A stretch of 63,455 bases of DNA, counting the filler, from Intoshia linei (taxonomy: Eukaryota; Animalia; Orthonectida): assembly GCA_001642005.1 (NCBI GenBank). It is 10 parts of 10 records of this genome, joined end to end, with 100 filler letters (N's around TTAATTAATTAA, not from the genome) between each part and the next. Parts side by side here need not be neighbours in the genome. Positions count along the whole stretch, not along the records: positions 45,682 to 51,754 come from LWCA01001717.1; positions 51,855 to 54,885 come from LWCA01002163.1; positions 54,986 to 58,793 come from LWCA01002034.1; positions 58,894 to 61,926 come from LWCA01002162.1; positions 62,027 to 63,455 come from LWCA01002618.1; 5 more parts are not named here. One strand, written 5' to 3'. The stretch's first letter is position 1. Every line of letters starts with the position of its first letter. A program made the translations under genes and the position numbers. This document shows positions 49,532 to 63,116 of the stretch, piece by piece. The notes below the pieces were generated by a model. That model was not told the origin of the DNA. It did no database searches and saw only the letters and a program-made list of their open reading frames with translations.

Positions 49532-51539
49532 CGTAATACACTTTGGTCCATCCAATTTTCTTATAAAATTAAAATAAAACTGAGTAGTTATAGTATTATC
49601 ATAATTAGTTATGATTGTTTCATGTTAACTAAATATAATCATAGTTATGGTTATCTATTATTATTTTATTATGGTTAGTTGTTATTCCCATATTTCTTAT
49701 TTTTGCTTCTACATACTTCAATTGTAGTTAACATTAATTGCGATTATTTATCTTTATTTATAAAAATATGACTAATTGAGCGTAAATCGTGTTGCGTGAT
49801 CTACTTGCTCATTTAGTTGTGAATTGAAAATAAAAATTTAAATTATTTGTTATTATTTCTATAGATTACCTATTTTTCCCACGGTTTATTTCTAAATTAA
49901 TTATTTCAATTTACATTATTCAAAATTTTTTCTGTTTTTCGTAACTCCAATTTTTTATTGGCGATATAGTTCATATAGGTAATTTAGAGATCCTGTTTAG
50001 GTGAGGTTTTAACAAATGCCAAATAATAGAGATATTTTTAGTAAAATCAAAAAAAATGCAGTCTAACAGTTAAATATACTCTAATCATAATTGTGATAAC
50101 TACACTATAAGAGGTATAAATTTTTTCTTTTCTCTCTATGACTCGTAGTCATTAACCATGAAGGTAAATCTAGAGATGAAATAATATGGATTATACCGCT
50201 GACTAATATCCATAATAATTTTGTAGATTATTTTAATTCGTAGCAATTAAATCGGACATATATATTGATAACAAACAAGGGTATATAAGTGACGTAGTAT
50301 AATGTACTATTCCGAGTTAGTTTAGTAACTTTATAATAAGCGTTTATTTACTTTCAGACTAAATGAATTTCGGATACCATCGTATGCTCAGAAATCAGTG
50401 TAATTCTGCAATACTAGTTGGAACATGTATATTGCTCGTAATTTACCATCTATCCAAGAAACTTGATGTGAAGTAAGATCGACTACTATTACTAAGTTTA
50501 TTTCTACCAAAAAAATTTTTCGATTGATACTGATGATACTTTAGATACTCTGGTTAATCAGCCAGAGTCTGGGTTATGATTATATTGTCCAAAATAGACT
50601 GTGACATCATCTACATCTAAAATATTAGATATCATTAACTCAGTCACTGAGTAGAACAAAGGCGAAATACATTCAGTAGATATGATTATCCCCAAATGAG
50701 TTTTTAAGGGTATTTTGAATATCCTCGCTGCCTCAAATGCATGTCGAATCAATAATGGATTATAAATAATCGAAAAATTATATTTTAAACATTATTGTAC
50801 TTGATTCAGGGCAGTGGAGAGCCAATTAATCTTCCCATAATCAAGTCAACATCGAACTGTATCGTCCATCACAGGTATTAGTAAAAATAGTTATCGCTAT
50901 TCACATATTTTAACAACATTGTATCATGTATTATGAGATAGATCATTATTTTCGCTGTTGGTAGCATCTCGAGTATATGCATTGTGTGATGCTCATCTTT
51001 GAAATGTATATTCTATTAAAACATAATATTCAAACAGGATAATGTCATACGTAACTACGCCAATTTGATGTTCTTGTATTGCCAATTTGTACATAACATT
51101 AAAGAAACTCATTCCGATGTCGTATTTCGACAATATTTTTAGCCTAGTATTAATATTACTAGGTTGACTGTTATGTACTACGTACAAACAGCAATTAGCT
51201 CTGCCAAGGGCACATTTTTATTCTACCAAAAAAATAAATTACCCCTAAAAATCCTAATATTCACTGTCATCAATCTTTTCAAATCGTGGTTCCCAAACTT
51301 GTTTCAGGTGTCACCGTCATATCACATTACTTTTTACTTACTCACATTTAAAATGATAAAGAGTGATGTGCACATACGGTCTGCCGATAAATCTATTATT
51401 CATGTATATGGATCAATAAATTTAAGGTATAAATCTGAAAGTGTCAAATTTTATATCACTGACGTCTTTTTCCTTTAATAAGAGAATTTTCATGTGTATT
51501 TTCTAATACACCAGGTTTGTGTAACGTCGGCGAGCATCA

Positions 51540-51754
51540 AATTATTATTGAACCAAAGAGACTAACATGATAGTGCCATTAAGAAATTAATTCAAGACAA
51601 TGTTATTGAACCAGTACGAGCAGTTTTCGCTCGAGTACCTTTTTTGTTAAAAAGAAAGATGGTTTAAATCGTTTGATTCAAGATTTTCGTAAGTTAAATT
51701 CTGTTACAATTAAAGATACATATCCACCACCTTCTCTTAAACGATGTTTAGATT
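51540..51754 (+). mobile_element. Ty3/gypsy reverse transcriptase N-terminal fragment, cut by a linker
   Basis: IKKLIQDNVIEP...FFVKKKDGLNRLIQDFRKLNSVTIKDTYPPP. Confidence 0.9.
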
Positions 51755-52089
51755 NNNNNNNNNNNNNNNNNNNNNNNNNNNNNNNNNNNNNNNNNNNNTT
51801 AATTAATTAANNNNNNNNNNNNNNNNNNNNNNNNNNNNNNNNNNNNNNNNNNNNTGTGTGTATAACTAATTATTGTGAAAACTGACATTAAACAGTTCCA
51901 AAAATTTAAAAAACCAAAATTCAATTTTTCCGTTGTAGAATATAAAAAAAATTCCAAAATCAAAAAATGGCACCTTCATGATGGATTTTCATCATGATAC
52001 ACATCTCGGTTCAACTTTTTATCTAGATTAACTTGAATAAACTATCATAATAATCTGTTTTTTAAATTATAGTACCATTGATTATAAAT

Positions 52090-52619
52090 CAGTATTCTCT
52101 CCACAACTCACCAATTCTCTTAGTCGCCATCAATTTAAAATATAAAACTAAGTTTTAAAACCATTTTTGAATATTAATTAAGATTTTATATACTTAAGTG
52201 TTAAATTACGTTGAAATTTAAAATGCTTCTAAATCACAAAAGAGAAGGTTTAATAATGCAGATGGATAATACAATTATTTAAAAAAGAAGAATCTGTATA
52301 TTACGCATACAAAAAATTGTATTTATATTCAATTTACTGATTTACTATTTAGTAAACCCATATTTGTATTAAATTGTAATTTTTAAAAAATATGGAATTA
52401 AAAAACTAATTAATTTATTTCAGTTGTAAAAATATATTTTTTGATAAAATAGATTTTAATTATTTTGTATTAAATTTTACAATTTGTGTTACAATTTACA
52501 TTTTATTGCAATTTAACCTTTTATTTAAAGGTTTCATCTGTTGTTTCTATTGTTTTAAATTCCCTATCTCGCCAACTTTTTCGAAATTCCAAGAATGGCG
52601 AGTTATAGAGAGAATACTG
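52090..52619. mobile_element. MITE, inverted copy of 10745-11300
   Basis: CAGTATTCTCTC...GAGAGAATACTG|TA ends. Confidence 0.7.
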
Positions 52620-53848
52620 TAATTATGTAATATTGCTTATTTTAAAGAAATTTATGTAGTCAAAGCTGTATTACATTTGATTTTTTTAAATTNNNNNNNN
52701 NNNNNNNNNGTTTCATCTGTTGTTTCTATCGTTTTAAACTCCCTATCTCGCCAACTTTTTCGAAATCCCAGGAATGGCGAGTTATAGAGAGAATACTGTA
52801 ATTATGTAATATTTCTTATTTTAAAGAAATTTATGTAGTCAAAGCTGTATTACATTTGATTTTTTTAAATTTTAAGACTATTACTTTTTTTAATTTTTCA
52901 AAATATTGGGTAATTTTAGGTTTTAACCGTGAAGATATAACAACTAGAGGTTTAAATTTATGACAATGTTTATGATTTTAAAATCTGTTTTAGAATGTAT
53001 ATTTTTTTAAATTACATATATATATATGTATAAAACTCTTTTAATTTTTTAGAAATGGCGTAAATTGGGGTTTAACACCCAAGGGCTTATTTTCTGAAAA
53101 TAAAACTTGCATAAAAACAGCACTCTCGAAAAACAGTATTAAAATTGGATTTTCTGAAATTCTAGGACTGTTACTGTTAATACAATAATAAACGGTAACA
53201 CGCATGCAGACATTTAATTTTATATAATTATATATATCTTATAAGTAAAGGATTGGTAACATTCCTTCATTTAAAAATGTTTTTAAATATGCTGAATCTA
53301 TTAATTATTGATAAATAATATTTTTTAACATTTAATCACAAAATATAATACAAAATACAAAATATCGTAAGCGGATATAAATAAATTAATAAATAAATAA
53401 AATAAATATAAAATTATATTGTATTCGTAACATTACAATAGAATAAAATACCACATGTATTTATGACGATTTTTAGGGTTTTATCTATAATTGTACTATT
53501 TTTACTTTATTTTTAAGATTATACACTCATTGTCTCTAATAAATTAAAAATATGCATCACAAAATTGTTTGTAAATTGTTTGTACCAATGTTAACAAAAT
53601 AACATTAAGTGTGAGTAATTCAGTTTTAATTTAAAACAATGGATTAGTTATAGTGAATAGTAATATGTTTGGTAATAGAGATGTTTATGTAAGATTTTAG
53701 TATTGAATTCATTTTTTTGTAGAATTAAAAAAGTTATCCCTCGGCAGAACAAAATACTGTCTATACGAAGTACATAGCATTTAATCTGGTAAAATATTTT
53801 TTAATCACAATTATTATTACAAAAAAAAATGTAATTATAAAAAAATAC

Positions 53849-54848
53849 CAAGTTGACTGATTGCTTGAGTTGCAATAATAAAATAAGATTCCCTATCTGA
53901 AGATACTTCTTCCAGAAAGGGTAACTTGCATAAATTGATTAAATTATTCAAGGGATCTATGTACAGGTTGTTTAAATTTGATCTATCTGCACATATATTC
54001 ATTATTTTGAAAAAAAAGACAACATCCTTTAATGGCTACATAAATTTTAAAAATTTTAATGTATAAAATTACAATTCCAAATTTGAAAAACAAGCAAATA
54101 TTATTCAATGCGACAACATGTCTATTCACCATCAACACCTACATTAATGATACAATTGATAAAACAATAATTTAAAAAATTTTGTCTAGTCTGCCAATAC
54201 TGGGGCTTGCATAATTTTGACCCAAAATAGAAAAGAATTTAGCCAAATATATCTTAATCTATTTAATCATCGATAATTCCACTCAATAACCACTTTTTAT
54301 TAGAAAATTTTTATACCTTGGTTCTCGTTAATAAAAGCAACATTTCCAAAAAATTTCTTGCAATCTATAGACCTGGTAAACGATTGAACTTGACAATTGT
54401 AGAGGGAATATTGTATTAAAACTATGTGTGGTATCTAATGTTTATGACATATACTAAATTCAATAGTTGGAAAATATAGAAATTTCAAACAGTGTTCAAA
54501 TTTTACTGCACGCATAGTGTCAATATTTTTATGAAATGATAAATTTATTTACGGAATGTTTGTCGCATAATAGCTTTATCACATTCTGCAGGTTTATAAA
54601 TCTTGATTGTTGATGTAGCTAAAAAATGTAGAGTTTACCGTCATGTATAAAATTAAGAAAACAATTAAAATTGATTATAAAGTATATAGATCCATTAGAA
54701 AAGATGAAATAACGATGATCACGTTTATTTTTAATTCTGATGGTATTTAGTATACGTTATTTACCTTTATATGATTCTGTTTAAGTGCAGTTTTTGAACC
54801 CGTACAATATTTTGAATTTGCTGGAGTATCAGTTTTAACGTCAGTCAT
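53849..54848 (-). CDS. CFAP69: Cilia- and flagella-associated protein 69, first 4 exons only
   Basis: Exons 54848-54765, 54618-54553, 54138-54073 and 54035-53849 splice in frame: INLQNVIKLLCDKHS...PLKDVVFFFKIMNICA...LINLCKLPFLEEVSSDRESY...AISQL. Recalled CFAP69: LNRVIKLL...PLRDLAQIFKILNLC...IKLCGLPFLKKKVSDE. Confidence 0.75.
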
Positions 54849-55859
54849 TGTATTTCGAAAAAAATTTAAAAGTTGGAATGTTCTCNNNNNNNNNNNNNNN
54901 NNNNNNNNNNNNNNNNNNNNNNNNNNNNNTTAATTAATTAANNNNNNNNNNNNNNNNNNNNNNNNNNNNNNNNNNNNNNNNNNNNTTATAATAAAGTTAC
55001 AATAAAAACGACATTACTTATGAAACGACCTAATACATATAATTTATAATGAATTTAGAGAAAATGGTTTTTCATTTTGTAGGGTTTTTAATGGAATATT
55101 AACATTTTAATCATCTTAAAAATCGGGTGAAAACAAAATATAAATAAGTATATACGAATTATTTACTTATTTGAAATACTAATATCAACTTTAATGTATA
55201 AATAAATTAAAATAGACTATTTTGTTATATTAAATTCATTTCTAGCTCACTTATTTTGGTATTTTTAGTGATGTTTGAATTCCCCATAACCTTTAATAAG
55301 GAAGCTGTCACAATATCGTGTTTAAAATTAGTGGACAGAGTGTATAAGTCTAATATTTTATTATATAAATAAGATTAACAACTTGTTTTACTTTGGTTAG
55401 TACGATTTAAGAGAATGTATATTATAATTACAAATTCAAAATATTAATTTATTGTTGCAGTACAATATTAAATATATTTTATTGTTAATTCTTAGCCAAA
55501 ATTTAAGTTGTTCACTTTACAAATCAATGATATTTGAAATTAGTGAATTTTAAGCTTTACATTTTAGTGTTTTTTAACATTTCAAAAGTGAAATTTTTTG
55601 CTTTCAATTTTGAAAATCAGCATAGTCTTGTAAGGGTTAAAACTTAATTTAAAAAAAATCTGGATGATCAATAATTTTTTGTCATAGGATTATATTTGTG
55701 TCTTCTCGTGTAGATTGTACTGTAAAAAAATATCCCAGAAATTCTTTAAAAAACCTATGATTAGAGTATATTTTTATTTTTTTTTTTAAAGATAATTTCA
55801 TAATTAAAATTTGTATAGTTTTATTAGATTCACCATATTTAATGATGTATTTAAAAAGT

Positions 55860-56760
55860 ATTAGTTATCCAAAAAAGTTCACAATAAATATACGAAATGA
55901 GCCAAAAAGAGGCAATATACTCGAGAATAAATTGAAGCGAAAATTTTCCTTTAAAACTTATTAAGATTTAAATCGGAATGTTGGTTGATTATCTTTATGG
56001 ACGATACTAATTTCAATATTCATTTATCAAGGTAGAAAGGTGAGATAATAAATCAAAATTAGATTAATGCAATTACGCGGATTAGTGCGTGGAACGCGGC
56101 GTAGCTACAACTTCAAAAGGACCGAATGTACAAATTAATTATGAAATCAAGAGAGGGTCGTTTACTAAAGAAAGATCTCATACCTGGATACGGTCGTGTT
56201 TACGTTAGGCATGTCTGAAACATGGTAGGCCTATAGGTTTGGTAGTAGATAATGCGCATTGTCATTCAAAAATTGAAGATATCCTATTAGATAAAGTGAC
56301 CAGAAAAATAGATACTATTACTTTTAGTTTATTTGGAATAAATTTTAAGCCGAAAATTTAGATTCGTCATCATATATAAGTAGTTTTGGCTTTACATTTA
56401 TCCCAAATAACCTAAAATTGATAGTATGTATTTTTTCTGGCCACTTTATATTAGGTATTTCACAATATAAAAAGTTGTACCATTTTTATGGAGCTGGAAT
56501 TTAATAAACATTTAAGACTGGCTCCATATTCTTTGATGTTTAATCCAATTGAGAATATTTGGTCGATTTTGAAGTCTCAAATAAAAAGATAATTAACTAT
56601 TGAAATGGCCAATTTTCTCATGATTTTACCGGATGGGATATCTATAAAAGAACATCGACTACGAAAATTGGAATAAATTTGCCTACAATGTTTGCTCTAT
56701 AGCGAATATAAAATCAAAACTCATTGATGCAATGAATCTTTCTGATATGCAGTATTAATT
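55860..56760 (+). mobile_element. Decayed IS630/Tc1-superfamily (TRT-like) transposase interrupted by a MITE
   Basis: FMDDTNFN, LVVDNAHCH and LRLAPYSLMFNPIENIWSILK. Boundaries approximate. Confidence 0.75.
56292..56448. mobile_element. MITE family A copy 3
   Basis: TAAAGTGACC...GGCCACTTTA ends. Flanks TATTAGA / TATTAGG match 6/7. Confidence 0.85.
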
Positions 56761-57464
56761 TAATAAACGTTAATTAAAAAATTTTCACAAAATATCCATT
56801 AAGACTTAATATTAAGATTTATACTTAATTTAAGTATAATAGGCTGTAAACATTGTAAAATTCTCATTTAGTAATTAAAATGGAAAATTATTGTGTACTA
56901 CATTATGTAGTATTCTATTTACATAGGTGTATTACAACTTTATCAAACTGATACCAAAGTTAAATAGAGGCGTTATAATAATAATGACTTACATAATATA
57001 TAATTTGAACATACAAGTATGAATTTGAAAATAGTTAAAATTTTCGTTGTTTTGATGTGGATCCACTTTGCTATGGGGTATGATATTTTATATATGTAAT
57101 GATTGTATCAAACCGAGGCAAAATGTATAGGGGTGGTATAAGTTGTACTGATACCAGCTTGATGTTGGCACCAGTTTTCCCAGAGCGTGTTTATATTTAT
57201 TTTTCAGTTTCAGAATTTGAGTCCTTCAAAGTCAAAAACCCAATTTTCCCTTTTGTTTAAAAAAAATCAGCATAAAAATCTAGTAAAATATTGTCTGGGA
57301 CAGTGTATTATCAATCAATTACAGCAATTGATTATTGTGTCAATAAAGTATTATTTTTTTGCAATTAAATGAATGAAATCAACCAAATCTTATCAAAAAT
57401 CCACTTCATTTTATTTCATAATATATAATTCTAGTTAAAAGTTAGTATTAATTATTAAAATTTG

Positions 57465-57535
57465 TATACAAACCAATATAAATTTATGAGTGTAGTTTTT
57501 GGCATCTATACATGCAATTGTCTCGTAAGGGTTAA
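57465..57535. mobile_element. piggyBac-like terminus (...TCTCGTAAGGG|TTAA); near-identical at ~59274-59345, related end at ~55625-55640
   Basis: A repeated ~70-bp end finishing in GGG followed by TTAA, the piggyBac terminal/TSD signature. Confidence 0.6.
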
Positions 57536-59459
57536 AATTAAGTGGGAATAATTTATTTTAAATAGGGATTAATTAATTTGTCAGTATTTAATTAAAATAC
57601 TGACATTTTTTAATAAAAAATGTTCTGTATTTTCAACATAAAATTGTCAGTATACACATAAAATATCACCAATAAAAAGTATTTTATTAGTATTCAATTA
57701 CATATTTGTCAGTTTTTAATTGCTTTCTTGTCAGTAATTAAATTGTAAGTTTGATGATTTTAGAGTGTCAGTATAAAAATTAAAAATCTAGTTTTTGAAA
57801 TAATATATCATCCACTACAGACCCAAGTTAAAACTGAAATATTAAGATACATATGTACCATATTATACCTACAAATCATATTACAAAAAAATTAGAAATA
57901 TTCTATGGTGTTCACACCAGAGAATATTTTTTTATGGAATAAAATTTTTTATCAGTTTCATTTTATGCAGAACATTCAATTTGAATACTGACAAAATAAT
58001 TTTCATCCAACTTGTTTCTCTAAATACTAATTAAAAATATGTTTGTCGTCGAAAATTACACTTTCATCGAATACACATTTGTCCATATTTCGTAAAAATA
58101 ACAAAATAACGCGCTTACAGTAAATATTCGTAAAAATATAGTAATTTATAATAAAGTTACAATAAAAACAACATTACTTATGAAACGTACTAATAATTTA
58201 ACTATAAAATTATTCATGGACCCAAAAGATGGATCTTTAAAGTATTGATTATTTAAATGTCTATCAAAAAATAGTCAATGTAAAAGTTTTACACTAATTT
58301 TTAAAAATTTATAAAATATACTAAAATTTCTTTGCGGCGCACTTGAACTTTACTCATGGCGCAAGAATCACTAGATTAAACTAAATATTTATAATTAACA
58401 ATTAAATGTAAATAAATTGTTTAAATATTTTACCGAATCTTACGTTACGTTACGTTCGGACTCGAATCGACTTGGTTCCAATCCATAATTATATCATTAT
58501 AACTATATATATCTTAATATAATTAAAGATATATTATAATTATATAATATTAACAATTACTTAATAAAAATAAAAAATTTAATAACTTTAAAAAACACTT
58601 TTCGAGAGTGTACTGTACTAACAGTATGAGTCAATTTTTTTCGAATTACTCGAGAAATTGCAAGCAGTAATCAAAATGTTAATGTTTTAAAAATATTTTA
58701 TATTATATTTTAGGTCAAAACAGAGAGTGCTAAACCATTATAGGTACATACAAATAATTTAATTAACTAAAAACAATTTCAGACTTACACTCCNNNNNNN
58801 NNNNNNNNNNNNNNNNNNNNNNNNNNNNNNNNNNNNNTTAATTAATTAANNNNNNNNNNNNNNNNNNNNNNNNNNNNNNNNNNNNNNNNNNNNTTGAAAT
58901 CTTAGAAAATGCTCAACATAATATATCTATCAGTGATTCGAACGTGGAACATTGAAAAATTTTATGACGGTTATAAAAAATATTTCGCAAAAATATCGAA
59001 TTTCTTATTAAAATTCTGCTGATAAAACATGAATATGCTAGACCAGTATGGCTAATTATTTTATTGTTTTTACTACACAGTAAAAAAGTATAATCATATG
59101 AAATATACGATTTTCATAAAATTATTTGATATCGTTTGTTATTATCATTGATATGTACATCGCATCTTACATGTTATTGTATAAGCAGTAATTTGTTCAA
59201 AATTTATATTGGTACCGCCTTATTATGGTTTGTCTACAAACCAATGTAATGTTATAAGTGTAATTTTTGGCATCTATACAAACCAATATAAATTTATTAG
59301 TGTAGTTTTTGGCATCTATACATGCAATTGTCTCGTAAGGGTTAATAGAGCCTTAATATTAATGTTTCTATAATAATTTTGTAATATCCTGAAAATATAC
59401 GAATCAAACTAACAAACAACGTAAAAAGAAATATGGTAGCATATAATTTAAAGTTAAAT

Positions 59460-60557
59460 TTAAATTCACCCAAAATATAGTTATATTGATCCAACTGAGC
59501 ACATCGAATTTTATAATTTAATTCAATTAAACAAAATTTATACATTTATTAATTACACATTTCAACTGATTTAAAATGCAAAATATGTGAGCATCATATT
59601 GTGCAAACCTCCAAACTCGAGTAAGTCCGTGTAGAGCTCCACTAAATTCATTCCTGTGCAAAGCACCAAAATCTGCAATTTTTAAAGGCACCTCTCTCCA
59701 CAATCGCATACGCGATTTAAAAATTAAACAATGTAAAAGACAGTTCATTGGTTTCATCGACAACATTTCATTATCCACCTTAAAGGAAAACATGTTATCG
59801 TCGTAATGCTAATAATGACTAGAAGTTTGAAACAATTTGGTATTAAAAACATTTGGTGTAATCACTTTATAATTTCGTTTCCAATAAATTTTTCGTAAAA
59901 ACCAAACTAACCTATTGTATATATGAGTACCGTGAGGTAAAAAAAATGCTGATTTAGGTGAGAGATCATTAAACATAAACAATTGCTGATGACGTTCAAT
60001 AACACGATGGCTTTGTATTTCGGCTTCTTCGCAAAATGTTTTCCATTCCATCAATTCCTTGCAAGATTTAAACGAGATTCCGTATAGTTTTTGTAATTGA
60101 TCTAAATTTGGATTTCCCTGCTAATAAAAGCACCCACTTTTGTATATACATATAGAACCAATCAATTTATTGTTTGGAATATGGGGTCCGCGACAAAAAT
60201 CAATAAATGTACCAAAACGGTAAACTGTGGATTTACCAGTCACTTTCTCAACCAATAAATTTATTCTTGTAATTATTATCACTGAAAAGTTTTAATAATT
60301 GTTTTTTTGATAATTCTAAACGTTCAAACGGTTGTTTCTCACGAGTAAATTAAGTGAATAATTTTTTTAATTTTTGGGTAATCAGTTTGAGTAATATTTC
60401 TAGTTTTATTTTGAAAATCGTAAAAAAATCCATCTTTTACAGATGGACCATGAACAACATGGGCTTGGTATAACATTTCGACACATTCTCCTTTGATATG
60501 AGCAGATAAATGCCAAAATACATCCATAGCTTCTTCGTGGTCCATTTTTAACAATTC
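59460..60557 (-). pseudogene. TARS: Threonyl-tRNA synthetase fragment with frameshifts and stops, no introns
   Basis: VFWHLSAHIKGE, GPSVKDGFFYDF, EKQPFERLEL, FIDFCRGPHIP, FFLPHGTHIYNRL, MKPMNCLLHC and DFGALHRNEFSGALHGLTRV..DAHIFC fall in different frames. The C-terminal third is absent. Confidence 0.85.
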
Positions 60558-62619
60558 TAAAAATTAATCTTAATGAAAATTTTTATATTTATTACAATGC
60601 TTTGCAATATTGGTAAAATTCACTTTACATATGTTTATAAAGTACTTATTCCGTTAATTATAAATACATAAGTGGTATTTTTAAGTATTTATCAAATTGG
60701 TACTGAATATATATTATCACATGGAAAATGACAAAATTGGTTTTTATAATTATATTTTTATGGAATTTATGCTATTTTCGACAATTTTCATAATTGGAAT
60801 GTTTTTTCTTTATTTTTAATTTTATACTTTCATAATAATAATAATAACTGTTTAATATATTAAAAAAATACAATAACAATTGTTTTTAAATGTTAACAAA
60901 AAAAATTAAAATTAAATAATTCACTTTAAACTAAAAAGTAATGATATATGATGGTTCTACCTAAAACAAATTTGGAAACTAGTGTTTTAAAAAATTGATA
61001 ATAGTATATAGTAAAATTTTTGAGTTAGATTTTCAACGTGAATTTTTTTTGTTAAAATAAAAATGTGCATGATAAATTTTATTAATTTTTGACTAGTTTT
61101 ATCATTTCAAAAGTGCTCATTTTAGTCTAATCTAATAATCAAGATATATAAACAGACAAATATTTATTTTCATATTGATGTGGTAACACTTCCTGTCTAA
61201 ATATGTTACGTAATTATTTAATTAATATTTAATGTAAATATAATATCAACATTGTAACTAAGTAAAAACAAGTAAATAATATATATTATATATTGTAAAT
61301 CTGATTATATTTATTTTACATATTACAAGTTACAGCTTACATTAAATTCAATTTTTCATGAATATTTTATATATCATCATATTGTTAATAACAATTCAAC
61401 TTAATTCAAAAGATTTGTATCATAATGGTAATCCTTACGTATATAATATGCTTTGTTTGTCTGCCTGTATGTGTGTTATCGTTTATTTCCATTACAGTTT
61501 TTTTTGAGACATATAATAAGATAAATTTTAATTGTTACAACTATCATCTTATGGGTCAAAAACCTCAATTATCCTTTTTTTAAAAATTAAACAAATTTGA
61601 GAATTTAAATAAATATATACGCTAATACGAATTTCAAAATCAAAAACATCATAAATTTATATTAAAAAAAATTTTATCTTTAGGGCCAAAACTACAAATT
61701 ACCTTTTTTTTTGTATTATGAAATAAGCTCTAGAATTTATAAAAATTTACAGGTGGTACAGTCAAAGCCGTAGAGAGCCAGCCGTAGGCCGTATGTAAGC
61801 AATGTAATAATTATAAACCGATTGCGAAATCTGTGAAACAAATTATATATTATACAATAAAAAATGTAAATATATATATATATAATTATATAAAGTTACA
61901 TTTTTATGTTATAAGTTAATAAAGTTNNNNNNNNNNNNNNNNNNNNNNNNNNNNNNNNNNNNNNNNNNNNTTAATTAATTAANNNNNNNNNNNNNNNNNN
62001 NNNNNNNNNNNNNNNNNNNNNNNNNNATATTTAAAAGTGTTTGATAATTTTATATATAGAGAATGTCTTGAGTAAATATTAATAAAGGTAAATGTTTATA
62101 TTCATTGCGTTGCGTCATTGTTACGTACACGCTACAAACTGAATCTCTATTTTTTATTTCAATAATCAACATAACACTTGTATTTTATTTCTAACAAAAA
62201 AAACGTAGGGGGAAAAAATTACTTGATTATAGTGTTAATTACTTTATAATGTAATGTTTTGGTCCTCGAAGGTCTCCGTTAAATTCCGTTAAATAGGAAT
62301 TAGCCTGTATTTAGTAACATCGTAAAATTTACACAGTTTCATGTTTTTTTCTAGGTGTTTTTTTAATCATCTCATTTCAAAAATGGTAAATACAGTCTAC
62401 ATCTAATGGTTAAATAGATTCTTTAAATTTTGAAAATGAAATAATTGGTTATTAGAAGAGGCACACAATTACATACCGAAAAATCTATACTCGAAATCTA
62501 GCTTTTTTTAAGAAACTATACTTACTTAAATATTTTATTAAACTCAGAATGAAGTTTAAATAAATTGAGCAAATATTTATATTTCTTGATAATTTAGATA
62601 TTCCTCGCATATATAAAAA

Positions 62620-63116
62620 ATGTTTTTTTTGATACTTTTGGCATATTTTGATATGCATGTAAATGCAGATATTATATATAGCTACGTGGTATGTTACGTT
62701 TTTATAATTTGTATAAATTGAGTAGATGCATAGATGTGGTAACAGAACTCCTAAACACTTCATGAACTTTGATTATCAACATTGGAAAGAAGGTGAAGGA
62801 ATGTTAACAAATGTATTCACTCATTAAAATGCCATTAAAATTATATATCTTATAGAAAGGAGAAATAGGATCTAAAAAATTAGGCCAAGATTTACGAAAA
62901 ATGTACATTGATACCAATTTTTTATCTGATAAATATAATGTTAAACAGGTATCAAATGTGAAATTGATGTACATACAAATTTAGGTTCTATTTCAAAGTT
63001 CATATATTCAGCGAAACATTGATTCAGCTAAAAATGTGTACAAAGGGTTGTATAATATAACAAATTACGATTCTAAACAAGTGACAATTCGTGCTAGTTC
63101 TACAGATATCGGATTT
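62620..63116 (+). CDS. Signal-peptide histidine acid phosphatase (branch 2) homologue with RCG in place of RHG; 5' 4 exons, remainder presumably beyond the window
   Basis: Exons 62620-62688, 62726-62812, 62856-62948 and 62985-63116 give MFFLILLAYFDMHVNA-DIIYSYV|MHRCGNRTP...WKEGEGMLTN|KG...LGQDLRKMY...FLSDKY...|VLFQSSYIQRNIDSAKNVYKGLY. This parallels ACP2/ACP3 RHGDRSP, WPQGFGQLT, LG..LR.RY and RSTD.DRTLMSA...GLF. Confidence 0.85.

Noticed and set aside
52531-52872. ~160-bp tandem duplication around a 17-N gap
   Set aside because: The copies flank a scaffold gap and differ by a few bases, typical of unmerged allelic contig ends.
59262-60557. TARS fragment captured inside a piggyBac element
   Set aside because: The GGG|TTAA terminus at 59339-59345 faces away from the TARS sequence, and no matching opposite end was seen.
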